Shown piece by piece: positions 17,909-27,335 of a stretch of 64,000 nucleotides of DNA (the stretch's first letter is position 1; every line of letters begins with the position of its first letter). Made by a program: the position numbers and the translations under genes. The stretch is taken from assembly GCA_044450765.1 (NCBI GenBank), contig JBIOJK010000001.1, positions 36,092-100,091 on the forward strand. Reading direction: 5' to 3'. The notes below the pieces were generated by a model. It made no database searches, was not told the origin of the DNA, and saw only the letters and a list, made by a program, of their open reading frames with translations. Origin of the DNA: Myxococcota bacterium (GTDB lineage Bacteria; Myxococcota_A; UBA9160; SZUA-336).

Positions 17909-19207
17909 CTAGCGGGCGAGCTCGCGGGCGCGCAGCGCGAGGCCGCTCGCGACCGAGACGAGCTCGTCGCCCGAACGGATCCGGGTTTCGCCGAAGCGCT
18001 CGGCGAAGAGCGCGCGCACGGCGGGCACCAGCGACGAGCCGCCGGTGAGGAACACGCGGTCGACGTCGGCACGAGCGACGGAGCAGCTGCCGAGCAGCCC
18101 GTCGACGCAGGCGGAGATGGCCGCGAGCTCGGGGGCGATCCAGCGCTCGAAGTCCGCGCGCGCGACGGGCGCGGCGATCTTGACCGGGCCGTGCGCGAAC
18201 TCGAGCTGCGCGTCGGGGCCGCGCGTGAGCGCGAGCTTCGCGCGCTCCACCGATCGGTGTAGGGGAAAGCCGAGGTCCTCCTGCACGACGTGGATCAGCG
18301 CGGCGAAGCGCTCGGGCTCGAGCGCCTCGCGCTGCAGATCGAACAGCAGCTGTAGGGTGCGCGGAGTGCGCAGGAACGAGAGGTGGTGCCAGCGCTCGAG
18401 ATGACCGTAGATCCAGCGCGGCACCGGGAGCACGCGCCCGAAAAGCGAGCGGTATTCCGCGCCCAGCCCGAGCGCCGGCGCGACCAGGGCCCGCACCATG
18501 CGCCCGTCGAACACGTCGCCCGCGACCGGAACGCCCGCGTTCCCGAGCACCGGGAGCGCCCCGCCCGCTTCGCGCGCCTTCCGCGCGCGCGGCCCGACCC
18601 GGATCAGCGAGAAGTCACTCGTGCCGCCGCCGAAGTCGCCGATCAGGATCAGCTCGTCGTGGTCGAGCGCGCGCTCGTAGTGATACGCGGCCGCGACCGG
18701 CTCGTACTCGAAAGCGATGTCCGCGATCCCAGCGGTCGCGAACGCCGCCCGCAGGCGCGCGAGCGCGAGCTCCTCGTCGTCCTCGGAGCGGGCGGAGACG
18801 AAGCGCACCGGCCGGCCGACGACGACGGTGCCGGTGACTTCGCCGACGTCCTCTCGCGCCTCGCGGAAGAGCGCGCGCAGCATCACCGCGATCAGCGCCT
18901 CGAGCCGGTACTCGCGCTCGAAGATGCGCGTCGCCGAGAAGTCGCGCGCCGCGAGGAACGACTTGAGTGACTGCACCAGGCGGCCGGGCTCCTCGGCGGC
19001 GAGATAGCGCGCGATCGCGCGCGGCCCGGCGAGCTCGCGCGCGGGCCCCTGCCCGTCCGCCTCGCGCTCGAAGTAGACGACGGAGCGGAAGGTCTGGGTC
19101 AGCTTGCCGCCGCCGCGGGCGAAGCGCGCGACTCGCGCGGGTCCGGCCGCGTCGGCGCGCGCGAGCGCGGAGTTCGTCGTCCCGAAATCGACGCCGAAAG
19201 CGGCCAA
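17909..19207 (-). CDS. Hsp70-family (actin-like ATPase) protein, NBD-type
   Basis: GVDFGTTNS phosphate-1 and IGDFGGGTSD phosphate-2 motifs; TTG start at 19207 preceded by AGGAA; upstream part of the ORF (to 19447) is Arg/Ser-rich and would overlap the preceding gene. Confidence 0.75.
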   Translation of the reverse strand: MAAFGVDFGTTNSALARADAAGPARVARFARGGGKLTQTFRSVVYFEREADGQGPARELAGPRAIARYLAAEEPGRLVQSLKSFLAARDFSATRIFEREYRLEALIAVMLRALFREAREDVGEVTGTVVVGRPVRFVSARSEDDEELALARLRAAFATAGIADIAFEYEPVAAAYHYERALDHDELILIGDFGGGTSDFSLIRVGPRARKAREAGGALPVLGNAGVPVAGDVFDGRMVRALVAPALGLGAEYRSLFGRVLPVPRWIYGHLERWHHLSFLRTPRTLQLLFDLQREALEPERFAALIHVVQEDLGFPLHRSVERAKLALTRGPDAQLEFAHGPVKIAAPVARADFERWIAPELAAISACVDGLLGSCSVARADVDRVFLTGGSSLVPAVRALFAERFGETRIRSGDELVSVASGLALRARELAR

Positions 19208-19289
19208 GATTGTTCCTATGGGGGCCCGCGCGGGTCTCGCGCGGGCGGACCTCCCGGGCGGCGCAGAGTGCGGCGCCTTGGCGCGCGAA

Positions 19290-19955
19290 TCAAGCCCTCG
19301 GCCCGCCAACACCGGCATCGATGCGGACGACGTCGCCGATGCACTCCACGGCGCCGCCGTCGACGGCGATCGCTGCGCCGTCCGCGCAAGCGTACAGCAG
19401 CTGCGCGTTCTGGCGGGAGTAAGCCTCCAGCTCGACGATCGAGGCATATCGGCCGAGGTGGGGAACGAAAGCGAAGTCGACCAGACCGAGCCCGGATGGA
19501 TCGGAGACTTCTGCGGGCGGCGAATCCCCGCACAGGAGTCCAGTCCGAACGCTTGGAGTCATCAGGACCGCTCCGGCACTCACGCCCACGAGAACGCCGC
19601 CATCCACCGCGAAGCGGCGAAGAGGATCGAAGAGCTGGTAAGTCCTCAGGCGGTCGAGGAACGCGAAGGTCTTTCCCCCGGACAGGTGAATTGCGTCGGC
19701 GTTCAGCAGGGCCTCGAGATGCGCTCCGCGCTGGATGTCCTCGACCTCGACGAACGGAAGCAGTTCGATTCCCAGCCGGGCGTAGTACGACTCTCGAGCT
19801 GCGTAGAACGTCCGTTCGGGGTCTGGACCCGACCCGACGTACGCCATCCTGACTCGATTCTTCCCGAGCAGCGCCAGCAGCCGGTCATCGGCTCGATCGG
19901 TCTTCGGCGGAATCTGGTCGCTGTAGAGCATGAGCTTCGCGCGCGGGGCGTTCAT
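19290..19955 (-). CDS. peptidase S51 family (dipeptidase E/cyanophycinase-like)
   Basis: 221 aa from ATG 19955 (MNAPRAKLMLYSD); HLSGGKTF and VLVGVSAGAVLM nucleophile-elbow region of S51. Confidence 0.7.
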   Translation of the reverse strand: MNAPRAKLMLYSDQIPPKTDRADDRLLALLGKNRVRMAYVGSGPDPERTFYAARESYYARLGIELLPFVEVEDIQRGAHLEALLNADAIHLSGGKTFAFLDRLRTYQLFDPLRRFAVDGGVLVGVSAGAVLMTPSVRTGLLCGDSPPAEVSDPSGLGLVDFAFVPHLGRYASIVELEAYSRQNAQLLYACADGAAIAVDGGAVECIGDVVRIDAGVGGPRA

Positions 19956-19988
19956 GACCTGACAGTGGCGCACGCGTACAATCGGCGC

Positions 19989-21320
19989 ATGGCGCAGCAG
20001 AGACTCGACGTCGATCCCAAGCTCGAGCTCGACCGCAAGCTGATGTCCGCGCACGAGGCCGCGGCGCTCGTGCGGTCGGGTGACCAGCTCTGGATCCCGA
20101 GCACGCACGCGCCGGTTTCGATTCTCGCTGCGCTCGCGGCGCGCGGCTCCGAAGTCCGCGGCGTGAAGATCCGCAGCACGGTGATCCCCGACTTCGGCTG
20201 GTTTCGGCGCGAGGCGATGGACGCGTTCGACGTGCAGATCCAGTACGCCGTGCAGCCCGACGCGCGCCGGGCGCTGGCCGACCGCGTGATCGACTTCCAT
20301 CCGTTCTCGATGCTCATGCAGCACAAGGCGATCGACGCGGGGCGGACCGAGGCGCAGCCGATCGACAAGCTGCTGCTCACGGTGTCGCCGCCGGACGAGC
20401 GCGGCTGGTCCTGCGTGGGGAACGCGTGCTGGGACGCGGTGTCGTGCGCGAAGCGCGCGCGCATGGTCGTCGCCGAGCTCAACGAATCCGTCGTGCGCAC
20501 CTGCGGAGACAGCTGGCTGCACGTCTCGCAGTTCGACGCGCTGGTCGCGAATCACCGACCGCGTCTGGTGGCGCCGACGCCGACCGAGTTCGACGCGGTC
20601 GACCGCGCGATCGCGGGCCACGTGAAGGGACTGATTCCGGACGGGGCCACGATCCAGATCGGGCTCGGGTCACACACCGGCGTGCTGGCGCTGCTGGGCG
20701 CCCTCGAAGGGCGCAACGACTTGTCCTACTTCGGCGAGTTGACCGTGCCCGGGCTCGTCGACCTGGCGCGGCGAGGGGTGATCAACGGCAAGAGCGCCGC
20801 GCTCCACCCGGGGAAGTTCGTCGCCGCGCACATCGGCAACTCACTCGAGGATCTCGACTTCATCGAGCGCAATCCGGCCTTCGAGCTCCACTCCTACGAG
20901 CACACGAACGACCCGCGCGCGATCGCCGCGCACGACGACATGATCGCGATGAACGGCGCGCTGACGGTCGACCTGACCGGACAGATCGGCGTGTACGGCT
21001 TGGGACCGCACGTGTACACGGGGCTCGGCGGTCACCTGGGCTTCGCGATCGGCGCGTTTCTCGCGAAGCGCGGCCGCTACGTCACGGTGTTGCCCTCGAC
21101 CGCGCGCGGCGGGACGGTGTCGGCGATCGTCCCTCACTTCGACAAGGGTCAGATCGTGTCGATCCCGCGCGAGCTCGCCGACACGATCGTGACCGACCAG
21201 GGCGTCGCACTCCTGCTCGGCAAGTCGGTGCGCGAGCGCACGCGGGCGATGATCGAGATCGCACATCCCGACTTCAGGGACGAGCTGCGCGAAGCGGCGC
21301 GCCGATTGTACTGGCCCTAG
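19989..21320 (+). CDS. acetyl-CoA hydrolase/transferase family protein (4-hydroxybutyrate CoA-transferase-like)
   Basis: 443 aa from ATG 19989 (MAQQRLDVD); AcetylCoA_hydro N and C domain pattern (GGHLGFAIGAFLAKRG, VSIPRELADTIVTDQGVA). Confidence 0.8.
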   Translation: MAQQRLDVDPKLELDRKLMSAHEAAALVRSGDQLWIPSTHAPVSILAALAARGSEVRGVKIRSTVIPDFGWFRREAMDAFDVQIQYAVQPDARRALADRVIDFHPFSMLMQHKAIDAGRTEAQPIDKLLLTVSPPDERGWSCVGNACWDAVSCAKRARMVVAELNESVVRTCGDSWLHVSQFDALVANHRPRLVAPTPTEFDAVDRAIAGHVKGLIPDGATIQIGLGSHTGVLALLGALEGRNDLSYFGELTVPGLVDLARRGVINGKSAALHPGKFVAAHIGNSLEDLDFIERNPAFELHSYEHTNDPRAIAAHDDMIAMNGALTVDLTGQIGVYGLGPHVYTGLGGHLGFAIGAFLAKRGRYVTVLPSTARGGTVSAIVPHFDKGQIVSIPRELADTIVTDQGVALLLGKSVRERTRAMIEIAHPDFRDELREAARRLYWP

Positions 21321-21335
21321 CCTGGGGCCCAGAGC

Positions 21336-22292
21336 TCAGGACTGGTCGAGATACTCGGAGAGGCCGTAGCCGACGCGCTTACCGTCGATCAGATACTCGG
21401 TCATGCCCTCGCCGATGTGCGTGTTCTGGCCGGCCCTCCGGTTGCGAAGCGGAATGAAGCCACGCACACGGCCCTCGATGCGGTGCTTCGAGCCGTCTGC
21501 GAGCGCGACGTTCGCGCGCAGCCCCGAATGGAAGCGCGTACCCGGCTCGTAGTCGGTCTCGAGCTCGACTCCGGTGATCCGCACGAGCTCGTCGCCTTTG
21601 TGAAACACGCCGCCGATCCGGTCGCCGACGATCGAGATCACCATGCCGAGGTCGTCGCCGAAGTTGCCGGTGATCCAGCGGTACGAGGGCGTCGACTGCC
21701 AGAAGCGCGGCCCCCAGGAGTGATCGCGCAGCCCGTGGCCGCGGATCTGGATCGGCTCCTCGCCCTCGGCCGCGATGGTGCCCGACACCTTCATGTGTTG
21801 CTCGAAGTGTGCGCGCGCGAACTCGTTGCCGTCGCCCGGTTTGCCGACGTGTCCGTAGAGCGGGCCGACGCCCTCGTGGACGAGGTCGACCGCGAGCCGC
21901 TTGTGCGGGTTCTCCTTGAACGCCTTGCCCGGATCCTGCATCGCGCGCGGATCGGCGAGCACGACGACCGAGCCGTCGTAGCGCGTGCGCAGCTTCTCGC
22001 CCGGCACGAGCACCTCGACCGACAGACCGCCCGCGTTCCAACCGTCGTTCGAAGTGATCGCCGGCCGCTTGTAGTTGAAGAGCGCGGAGCCGTCTGCGTT
22101 GTAGACGATCACGGTCAGCTCCGCGTAGCCCTCGTTCGCGCGGTTGCCGATGCGCAGAAATCCGCCGCGTCCCTGCTCGCGGTCGAAGAAGTTGAAATAC
22201 ACCGACTCGTTGAAGTTGGGCTCGGGGCCGAGCGGGTGCGTGTAGTCGTCTTCCGGGCGGACGTTGCCGACGATCTTGACCATGCGCGCCAT
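21336..22292 (-). CDS. hypothetical protein (beta-rich, possibly lipocalin-like/hydratase-like)
   Basis: 318 aa with balanced, Gly/Asp/Tyr/Trp-containing composition unlike the neighbouring artefactual frames; no family recognised. Confidence 0.4.
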   Translation of the reverse strand: MARMVKIVGNVRPEDDYTHPLGPEPNFNESVYFNFFDREQGRGGFLRIGNRANEGYAELTVIVYNADGSALFNYKRPAITSNDGWNAGGLSVEVLVPGEKLRTRYDGSVVVLADPRAMQDPGKAFKENPHKRLAVDLVHEGVGPLYGHVGKPGDGNEFARAHFEQHMKVSGTIAAEGEEPIQIRGHGLRDHSWGPRFWQSTPSYRWITGNFGDDLGMVISIVGDRIGGVFHKGDELVRITGVELETDYEPGTRFHSGLRANVALADGSKHRIEGRVRGFIPLRNRRAGQNTHIGEGMTEYLIDGKRVGYGLSEYLDQS

Positions 22293-22327
22293 CGTAGCCT
22301 AAAGCGGGCCGCGCCCGGCTCCGATCG

Positions 22328-24160
22328 GTGCCCTGGAACCCAAGCGTGGCGCCAAAGGCCAAGTACCCCCACTTCCGACGGATCGACGGGACTCACCCGT
22401 GGAAGCGCCGCGTCGCGGGCGGTTTCGTCGACTACAGCGCTCGGCGCCGCCGCGACGGTCAGGTAGCGTTCTTCAACTTCGCGCTCGCGAAGGAGATGGG
22501 CCTGGTTCCCGCGGCGCACCCGGAGCGCCTGAACCCGGAGCTGTCGCGCGCGATCCTCTCGACCTTCGGCCTGCAGATCCTGAACGAGTGGGACTATCTG
22601 CATCGGACGCGCGTGCCGGCGCGCGATCGCCTGCCGCACACCTACATGGCGACGCGCTATCTGCAGCTCCAGCACCCGGATCGGCGCGGCACGACCTCGG
22701 GCGACGGCCGCAGCGTGTGGAACGGCTCGATCACGCACGCCGGTGTCACCTGGGACGTCTCGAGCTGCGGCGTGGGAGTCACTCGGCTGTGCCCGGCGAC
22801 CGCGCGCGAGGGCCGCTTCTTCCGCACCGGTTCGCGCACCGCGAGCTACGGCTGCGGCACCGCCGCGCTGGCGGAGGGCATCTCCTCGGCGCTCATGTCG
22901 GAGACCTTCCACCGCAACGGGATCGCGACCGAGCGCGTGCTCGCCGTGATCGCGCTGGGCAACGGCTACGCGATCAACGTGCGCGCGGGCCGGAACCTGC
23001 TGCGACCGTCTCACTTCTTCGCGCCGCTGAAGCAAGGCGACCTCCCGCGCCTGCGCGCGGCGATCGACGTCTTCGCCGAGCGCCAGATCGCAAACGGTGA
23101 CTGGCCGAAGCTCGCGCCGGGCGCCGCCCGCTACCGCTTCCTGGCCGACGAGTGCGCCCGAGGCTTCGCGCGCGCGGCCGCGACCTTCGAGAGCGAGTAC
23201 GTCTTCTGCTGGCTCGACTGGGACGGCGACAACGTGCTCGCGAGCGGCGGCATCGTCGACTACGGCTCGGTGCGGCAGTTCGGCCTGTACCACCGCGAGT
23301 ACCGCTTCGACGACGCCGAGCGCTGGTCGACCACGATTCCCGAGCAGCGCATGAAGGCGCGCTACATCGCGCAGTGTTTCGCGCAGATCCGCGCCTGTCT
23401 GCTCGAGGGCCGCAAGCGCCCACTCGAGGACTTCGCGCGCGACGCCTGTCTGCGCATCTTCGACCGCGAGTTCGCGGCGACCAAGGAGCGCCTGCTCGTG
23501 CGCAAGCTCGGGCTGCGGCGCGGGACCGCCGAGTTCCTGCTTCGCGCGCGGAGTCGCGAGCTCGAGCGCTTCCGGCACGCGTTCGCCTACTTCGAGCGCG
23601 CACGCTGCGCGCGCGGGCCCTGCAAGGTTCCCGATGGACTGACTTGGAACGCAGTCTTCAGCATGCGCGACCTACTGCGCGAGCTGCCCGAGCGCTACTC
23701 GCACTCACTGCGCCCCGTGTCGCCGCGCGAGCTGCTCGAGATCGGTCTGTCGAGTTACGCATCGCGCGCGGATCGGCGCGCCACGCCGGGTCGCCGGCGC
23801 ATGGCCGGTCGCTTCCAGGCCTCGTATCTCGCGCTGCTGCGCGCCGCGGCCGCCCACGAGCGGCGCCCGCTCGCCGAGCTCGTGCGCGAGGTCGCGCGGC
23901 GCTCCGCGATCGTGAATCGCCGCGACCGAATCACCGGCGACGGGATCGACTACGCGACTGACCGATTGATCCGCTATCGCAGGCGGCTCTCGAGCGGAAA
24001 GCTGCACCGCGTGATCGCGGCCTTCGTCGATCACCAGGACCTGAATCCGCGCGAGCCCGCGAGTGATCGCGAGCCGCCGGACCGCCAGCCGGCTCACGAC
24101 GTGCGGCGCGTGCTCGATCGACTGATCGCCGCTGTCGCCGAAATGCGTCACGGGCTGTAG
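22328..24160 (+). CDS. SelO/YdiU (UPF0061) family protein-adenylyltransferase-like protein, divergent active-site motif
   Basis: 610 aa; GCGTAALAEGISSALMSETFH vs SelO GRAVLRSSIREFLASEAMH; NGIATERVLAVIALG vs LGIPTTRALSIV; DN and DYG elements conserved (GDNVLASGGIVDYGS) but HGVMNT replaced by CWLDWDG. Confidence 0.6.
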   Translation: MPWNPSVAPKAKYPHFRRIDGTHPWKRRVAGGFVDYSARRRRDGQVAFFNFALAKEMGLVPAAHPERLNPELSRAILSTFGLQILNEWDYLHRTRVPARDRLPHTYMATRYLQLQHPDRRGTTSGDGRSVWNGSITHAGVTWDVSSCGVGVTRLCPATAREGRFFRTGSRTASYGCGTAALAEGISSALMSETFHRNGIATERVLAVIALGNGYAINVRAGRNLLRPSHFFAPLKQGDLPRLRAAIDVFAERQIANGDWPKLAPGAARYRFLADECARGFARAAATFESEYVFCWLDWDGDNVLASGGIVDYGSVRQFGLYHREYRFDDAERWSTTIPEQRMKARYIAQCFAQIRACLLEGRKRPLEDFARDACLRIFDREFAATKERLLVRKLGLRRGTAEFLLRARSRELERFRHAFAYFERARCARGPCKVPDGLTWNAVFSMRDLLRELPERYSHSLRPVSPRELLEIGLSSYASRADRRATPGRRRMAGRFQASYLALLRAAAAHERRPLAELVREVARRSAIVNRRDRITGDGIDYATDRLIRYRRRLSSGKLHRVIAAFVDHQDLNPREPASDREPPDRQPAHDVRRVLDRLIAAVAEMRHGL

Positions 24161-24264
24161 CCAGCGCGCGTTCGCGGGTCTTAGTGCAGGCTCTGCGCGG
24201 CAGCGCGCCCGGCAAATCGATCGGATATCATCCAGCGCGCGCGATCCCCGCGAGGAGCCGGCAC

Positions 24265-24975
24265 TTGATCGACATCGTCAATGTCTCTCGGCTGTATCAT
24301 CGCGGAGCCGATGAGATTCACGCGCTCGAGCGCGTCAGTCTGCACGTCGACCGCCAGCGCTTCGTCGCGCTGATGGGCCCCTCGGGCTCGGGCAAGTCGA
24401 CGCTCCTGAACGTGCTCGCGGGCCTCGACCGCCCGAACTCGGGTGAAGTCAGCGTCGGGGGCAAGCGCTTGAACGAGATGTCCGAAGACGAGCTCGCGTC
24501 GTTTCGCGCGCACACGGTCGGCTTCGTGTTCCAGTTCTTCAATCTGATCCCCGTTCTGAGCGCGGTCGAGAACGTCGAGCTCCCGCTGCTGTTGACTCAC
24601 CTGTCGAAGGCCGAGCGCAGGCAGCGCGCCGACACGGCGCTGCGCGTGGTCGGGCTGTCGGATCGGGCGGACCACCGGCCGCGCGAGCTCTCCGGCGGCG
24701 AGCAGCAGCGCGTGGCGATCGCGCGCTCGATCGTGACTGACGCCGAGCTGATCGTCGCCGACGAGCCGACCGGCGATCTCGACGCGAAGAACGCGGAAGA
24801 GATCCTGTCGCTCCTGCAAACTCTGCGGCGGGACTTCGGCAAGACGGTGGTGATCGTCACGCACGACCCGCGCGCCGAGAAGTGGGTCGACGAAGTGATT
24901 CACCTCGACAAGGGCGTGCTGCTCGAGACGCGCCCCGGTGGGGCCGCGCGCGGCACCGCGGGAGCCAAGGGATGA
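24265..24975 (+). CDS. ABC transporter ATP-binding protein (MacB/LolD-type)
   Basis: Walker [10 protein letters not shown], signature [14 protein letters not shown], Walker [13 protein letters not shown]; TTG start with GAGGAG 7 nt upstream. Confidence 0.85.
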   Translation: MIDIVNVSRLYHRGADEIHALERVSLHVDRQRFVALMGPSGSGKSTLLNVLAGLDRPNSGEVSVGGKRLNEMSEDELASFRAHTVGFVFQFFNLIPVLSAVENVELPLLLTHLSKAERRQRADTALRVVGLSDRADHRPRELSGGEQQRVAIARSIVTDAELIVADEPTGDLDAKNAEEILSLLQTLRRDFGKTVVIVTHDPRAEKWVDEVIHLDKGVLLETRPGGAARGTAGAKG

Positions 24976-26135
24976 AATATCTCCCGCTGATCTGGCGAAA
25001 CCTCGGACGCAACCCATTGCGCTCGATCCTCACCGCGGCGGCGATCGCGCTGGCGATCGCGCTCGTCTGCATTCTGCGCACGATGCCCGCCGGGCTCGAC
25101 GCGGTGCTGGCGTCCGCGGCCGCGAACACGCGAATCTCGACTCACAACGAGGCGGGCATCGTCTACTCGATGCCCTACGCATATCTCCAGAAGGTGCGCG
25201 CCGTTCCCGGGGTGGTCGCGGCAATCAGCTGGAACTGGTTCGGCGGCGCGATCGACATCTCGAAAGGCGTCGAGTTCCCGAACTTCGCAGTCGATCCCGA
25301 GGGCTTCGCGGAGGTCTACGCCGACTGGGGCCTCGACCCGAAGGCGTTCCAGGACTTCCGCAAGTACCGCGACGCCGCGCTCGTCGGTCACCTGACGCTC
25401 GAGAAGCAGCGCTGGAAGGTCGGCGACGTCGTCACCCTGCAGAGCACGGTGTTCCCGGTGACCCTCTCGTTCCGAATCGTCGGCTCGGTTCCGACTTCGA
25501 CCCCGTCCTTCTACTTCCAGCGCGAGTATCTCGCGCAGGCGCTCGCCGCGGCGGGCACGCAGTTCGATTCGACCGGCATGATCTGGTCGCGCATCGACGA
25601 CCCGGATCGCGTCGCGCCCGTGATGAACCAGATCGACGAGATGTTCCGCAACAGCGAGGCGATCACGTCGACCGAGACCGAGAAGAGCTTCGTCGGGAAC
25701 TTCTTCAGCGGCTTGAAGCAGCTGGTGACGATCATCCAGATCGTGGCGGGGCTGGTGACTCTCTGCATCGTGTTCATCGCCGCCAACACCGCGAGCATGT
25801 CGATCCGCGAGCGCGTCGGCGAGATCGCGATCTTGAAGGCGATCGGCTTCCGCAAGCAGACGATCTTCTCGACCCTGCTGGCCGAGGCGGGCCTGCTCGC
25901 GCTCGTGGCGGGCATCGCGGGCGCCGCGACCGCGTTCGTGCTGACGAAGATGCTGCAGCGCTACGCCGCCGGAGCGGGCCCCCAGATGGGGCCACTCACC
26001 GCGTTCGTGGTCAGCGACGTGATCCTGGTCCAGGCGATCTTCATCGCGTTCTTCATCGGCATCCTGTCGGGCTGGGTGCCCGCGCTCGGCGCGTCGCGGC
26101 GCAGCGTGGCGCAGACACTGCGCGAGGTCTTCTAG
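24972..26135 (+). CDS. ABC transporter permease, FtsX/MacB/LolCE family
   Basis: 387 aa; N-terminal TM, large periplasmic domain, C-terminal FtsX 3-TM bundle; ATG overlaps ATPase stop (ATGA). Confidence 0.8.
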   Translation: MKYLPLIWRNLGRNPLRSILTAAAIALAIALVCILRTMPAGLDAVLASAAANTRISTHNEAGIVYSMPYAYLQKVRAVPGVVAAISWNWFGGAIDISKGVEFPNFAVDPEGFAEVYADWGLDPKAFQDFRKYRDAALVGHLTLEKQRWKVGDVVTLQSTVFPVTLSFRIVGSVPTSTPSFYFQREYLAQALAAAGTQFDSTGMIWSRIDDPDRVAPVMNQIDEMFRNSEAITSTETEKSFVGNFFSGLKQLVTIIQIVAGLVTLCIVFIAANTASMSIRERVGEIAILKAIGFRKQTIFSTLLAEAGLLALVAGIAGAATAFVLTKMLQRYAAGAGPQMGPLTAFVVSDVILVQAIFIAFFIGILSGWVPALGASRRSVAQTLREVF

Positions 26136-26138
26136 CCG

Positions 26139-27317
26139 ATGCCGCTGCCGCTCTCGTACAGCTGGCGCAGCTTGCTCGCGCGCGGCACGCGCACGGCGTT
26201 CACGGTCGCCGTGATCGCCCTGGTCGTCGTCGCGACGACGCTGTTCTGGAGCCTGATCGGCAGCCTGAAGCGCACTCTGGTGTCGTCCGGCTCGCCGCAG
26301 AATCTGGTCGTCATGCGCAAGGGCGCGACCAACGACGGCTCGAGTCAGCTGTCGCTCGACGCGTATCAGGCGATCCGGTTCTTCGAGGGCATCGCGAAAG
26401 ACTCGGCAGGAAATCCGCTCGTGTCTCCCGAGATCGTGGTGCAGCCGTTCTTCCACACGGCCGACGGCGGGCGCGAGAACGTGCTCGTGCGCGGCGTCGA
26501 GTCACAGGCGTTGCAGGTGCACGACGAAGTGAAGATCGGCGAGGGTCGGATGATCCAGCCGTCGAGCGGCGAGGCCGTCGTCGGCCGGATCGTCGCCAAG
26601 CGCTACCAGGGCGCGGCGCTCGGCTCCGAGCTGCACTTCGGCAACGCCAACTGGAAGGTCGTCGGGATTCTCGATGCCGGCGGCTCGTCGTTCGAGAGCG
26701 AAGTGTGGGTCGACGCGCGCGAGCTCGCGAACAACGCGAAGCGGACGTTTCCCTACTCCGGCTTCCGCGTCCGCGTCGCGCCCGACGCGGACATGGACGC
26801 GCTCGCGCGGCGCATCGGCGACGACCCGCGCTGGGCGCTCGAGGCGACGCGCGAGATCGACTACTACAAGCAGCTCTCGTCCACCGCGAACACGCTGTAC
26901 ATCATCGTCGCGGGGCTCGCGGTGCTGGCCGGGATCGGCGCGATCTTCGGCGCGACGAACAACATGTACGCCGCGGTGCAGGCGCGCACCTCCGAGATCG
27001 GAACGCTGCGCGCGCTGGGTTTCTCGCGCGGCGCGATTCTCGGCGCATTTCTCGCGGAGTCGGTCATGACTGCGGCGTTCGCGTTCGCGATCGGCGCCGC
27101 GCTCGCCTGGCTGCTGGCGATCGGCATCTCGACCGCGCTGGGCGGCATCGGCTTCGCGTCGCAGACGTTCACCACGAACGTGGTCGTATTGCGCGTCGCG
27201 CCGCAGGACCTGCTGATGCCGCTGCTGCTCGCGGTGCTGATCGGCGTCTTCGGTGGACTCGCGCCCGCCGCCGCCGCCGCGCGCCTGCGCCCGGTCGATG
27301 CGCTGCGGAAGGCGTAG
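26139..27317 (+). CDS. second ABC transporter permease, FtsX/MacB/LolCE family
   Basis: 392 aa; same architecture as the upstream permease but clearly distinct sequence (paralogous pair). Confidence 0.8.
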   Translation: MPLPLSYSWRSLLARGTRTAFTVAVIALVVVATTLFWSLIGSLKRTLVSSGSPQNLVVMRKGATNDGSSQLSLDAYQAIRFFEGIAKDSAGNPLVSPEIVVQPFFHTADGGRENVLVRGVESQALQVHDEVKIGEGRMIQPSSGEAVVGRIVAKRYQGAALGSELHFGNANWKVVGILDAGGSSFESEVWVDARELANNAKRTFPYSGFRVRVAPDADMDALARRIGDDPRWALEATREIDYYKQLSSTANTLYIIVAGLAVLAGIGAIFGATNNMYAAVQARTSEIGTLRALGFSRGAILGAFLAESVMTAAFAFAIGAALAWLLAIGISTALGGIGFASQTFTTNVVVLRVAPQDLLMPLLLAVLIGVFGGLAPAAAAARLRPVDALRKA

Positions 27318-27335
27318 AATTGCGAGCCGAACCCG

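Noticed and set aside
19207-19447. Longer ATG-initiated N-terminus (19318 or 19447) for the Hsp70-family gene
   Set aside because: It would add 37-80 Arg/Ser-rich residues before the universally N-terminal GxDFGTTNS motif and overlap the preceding peptidase gene. TTG 19207 with an AGGAA RBS fits better.
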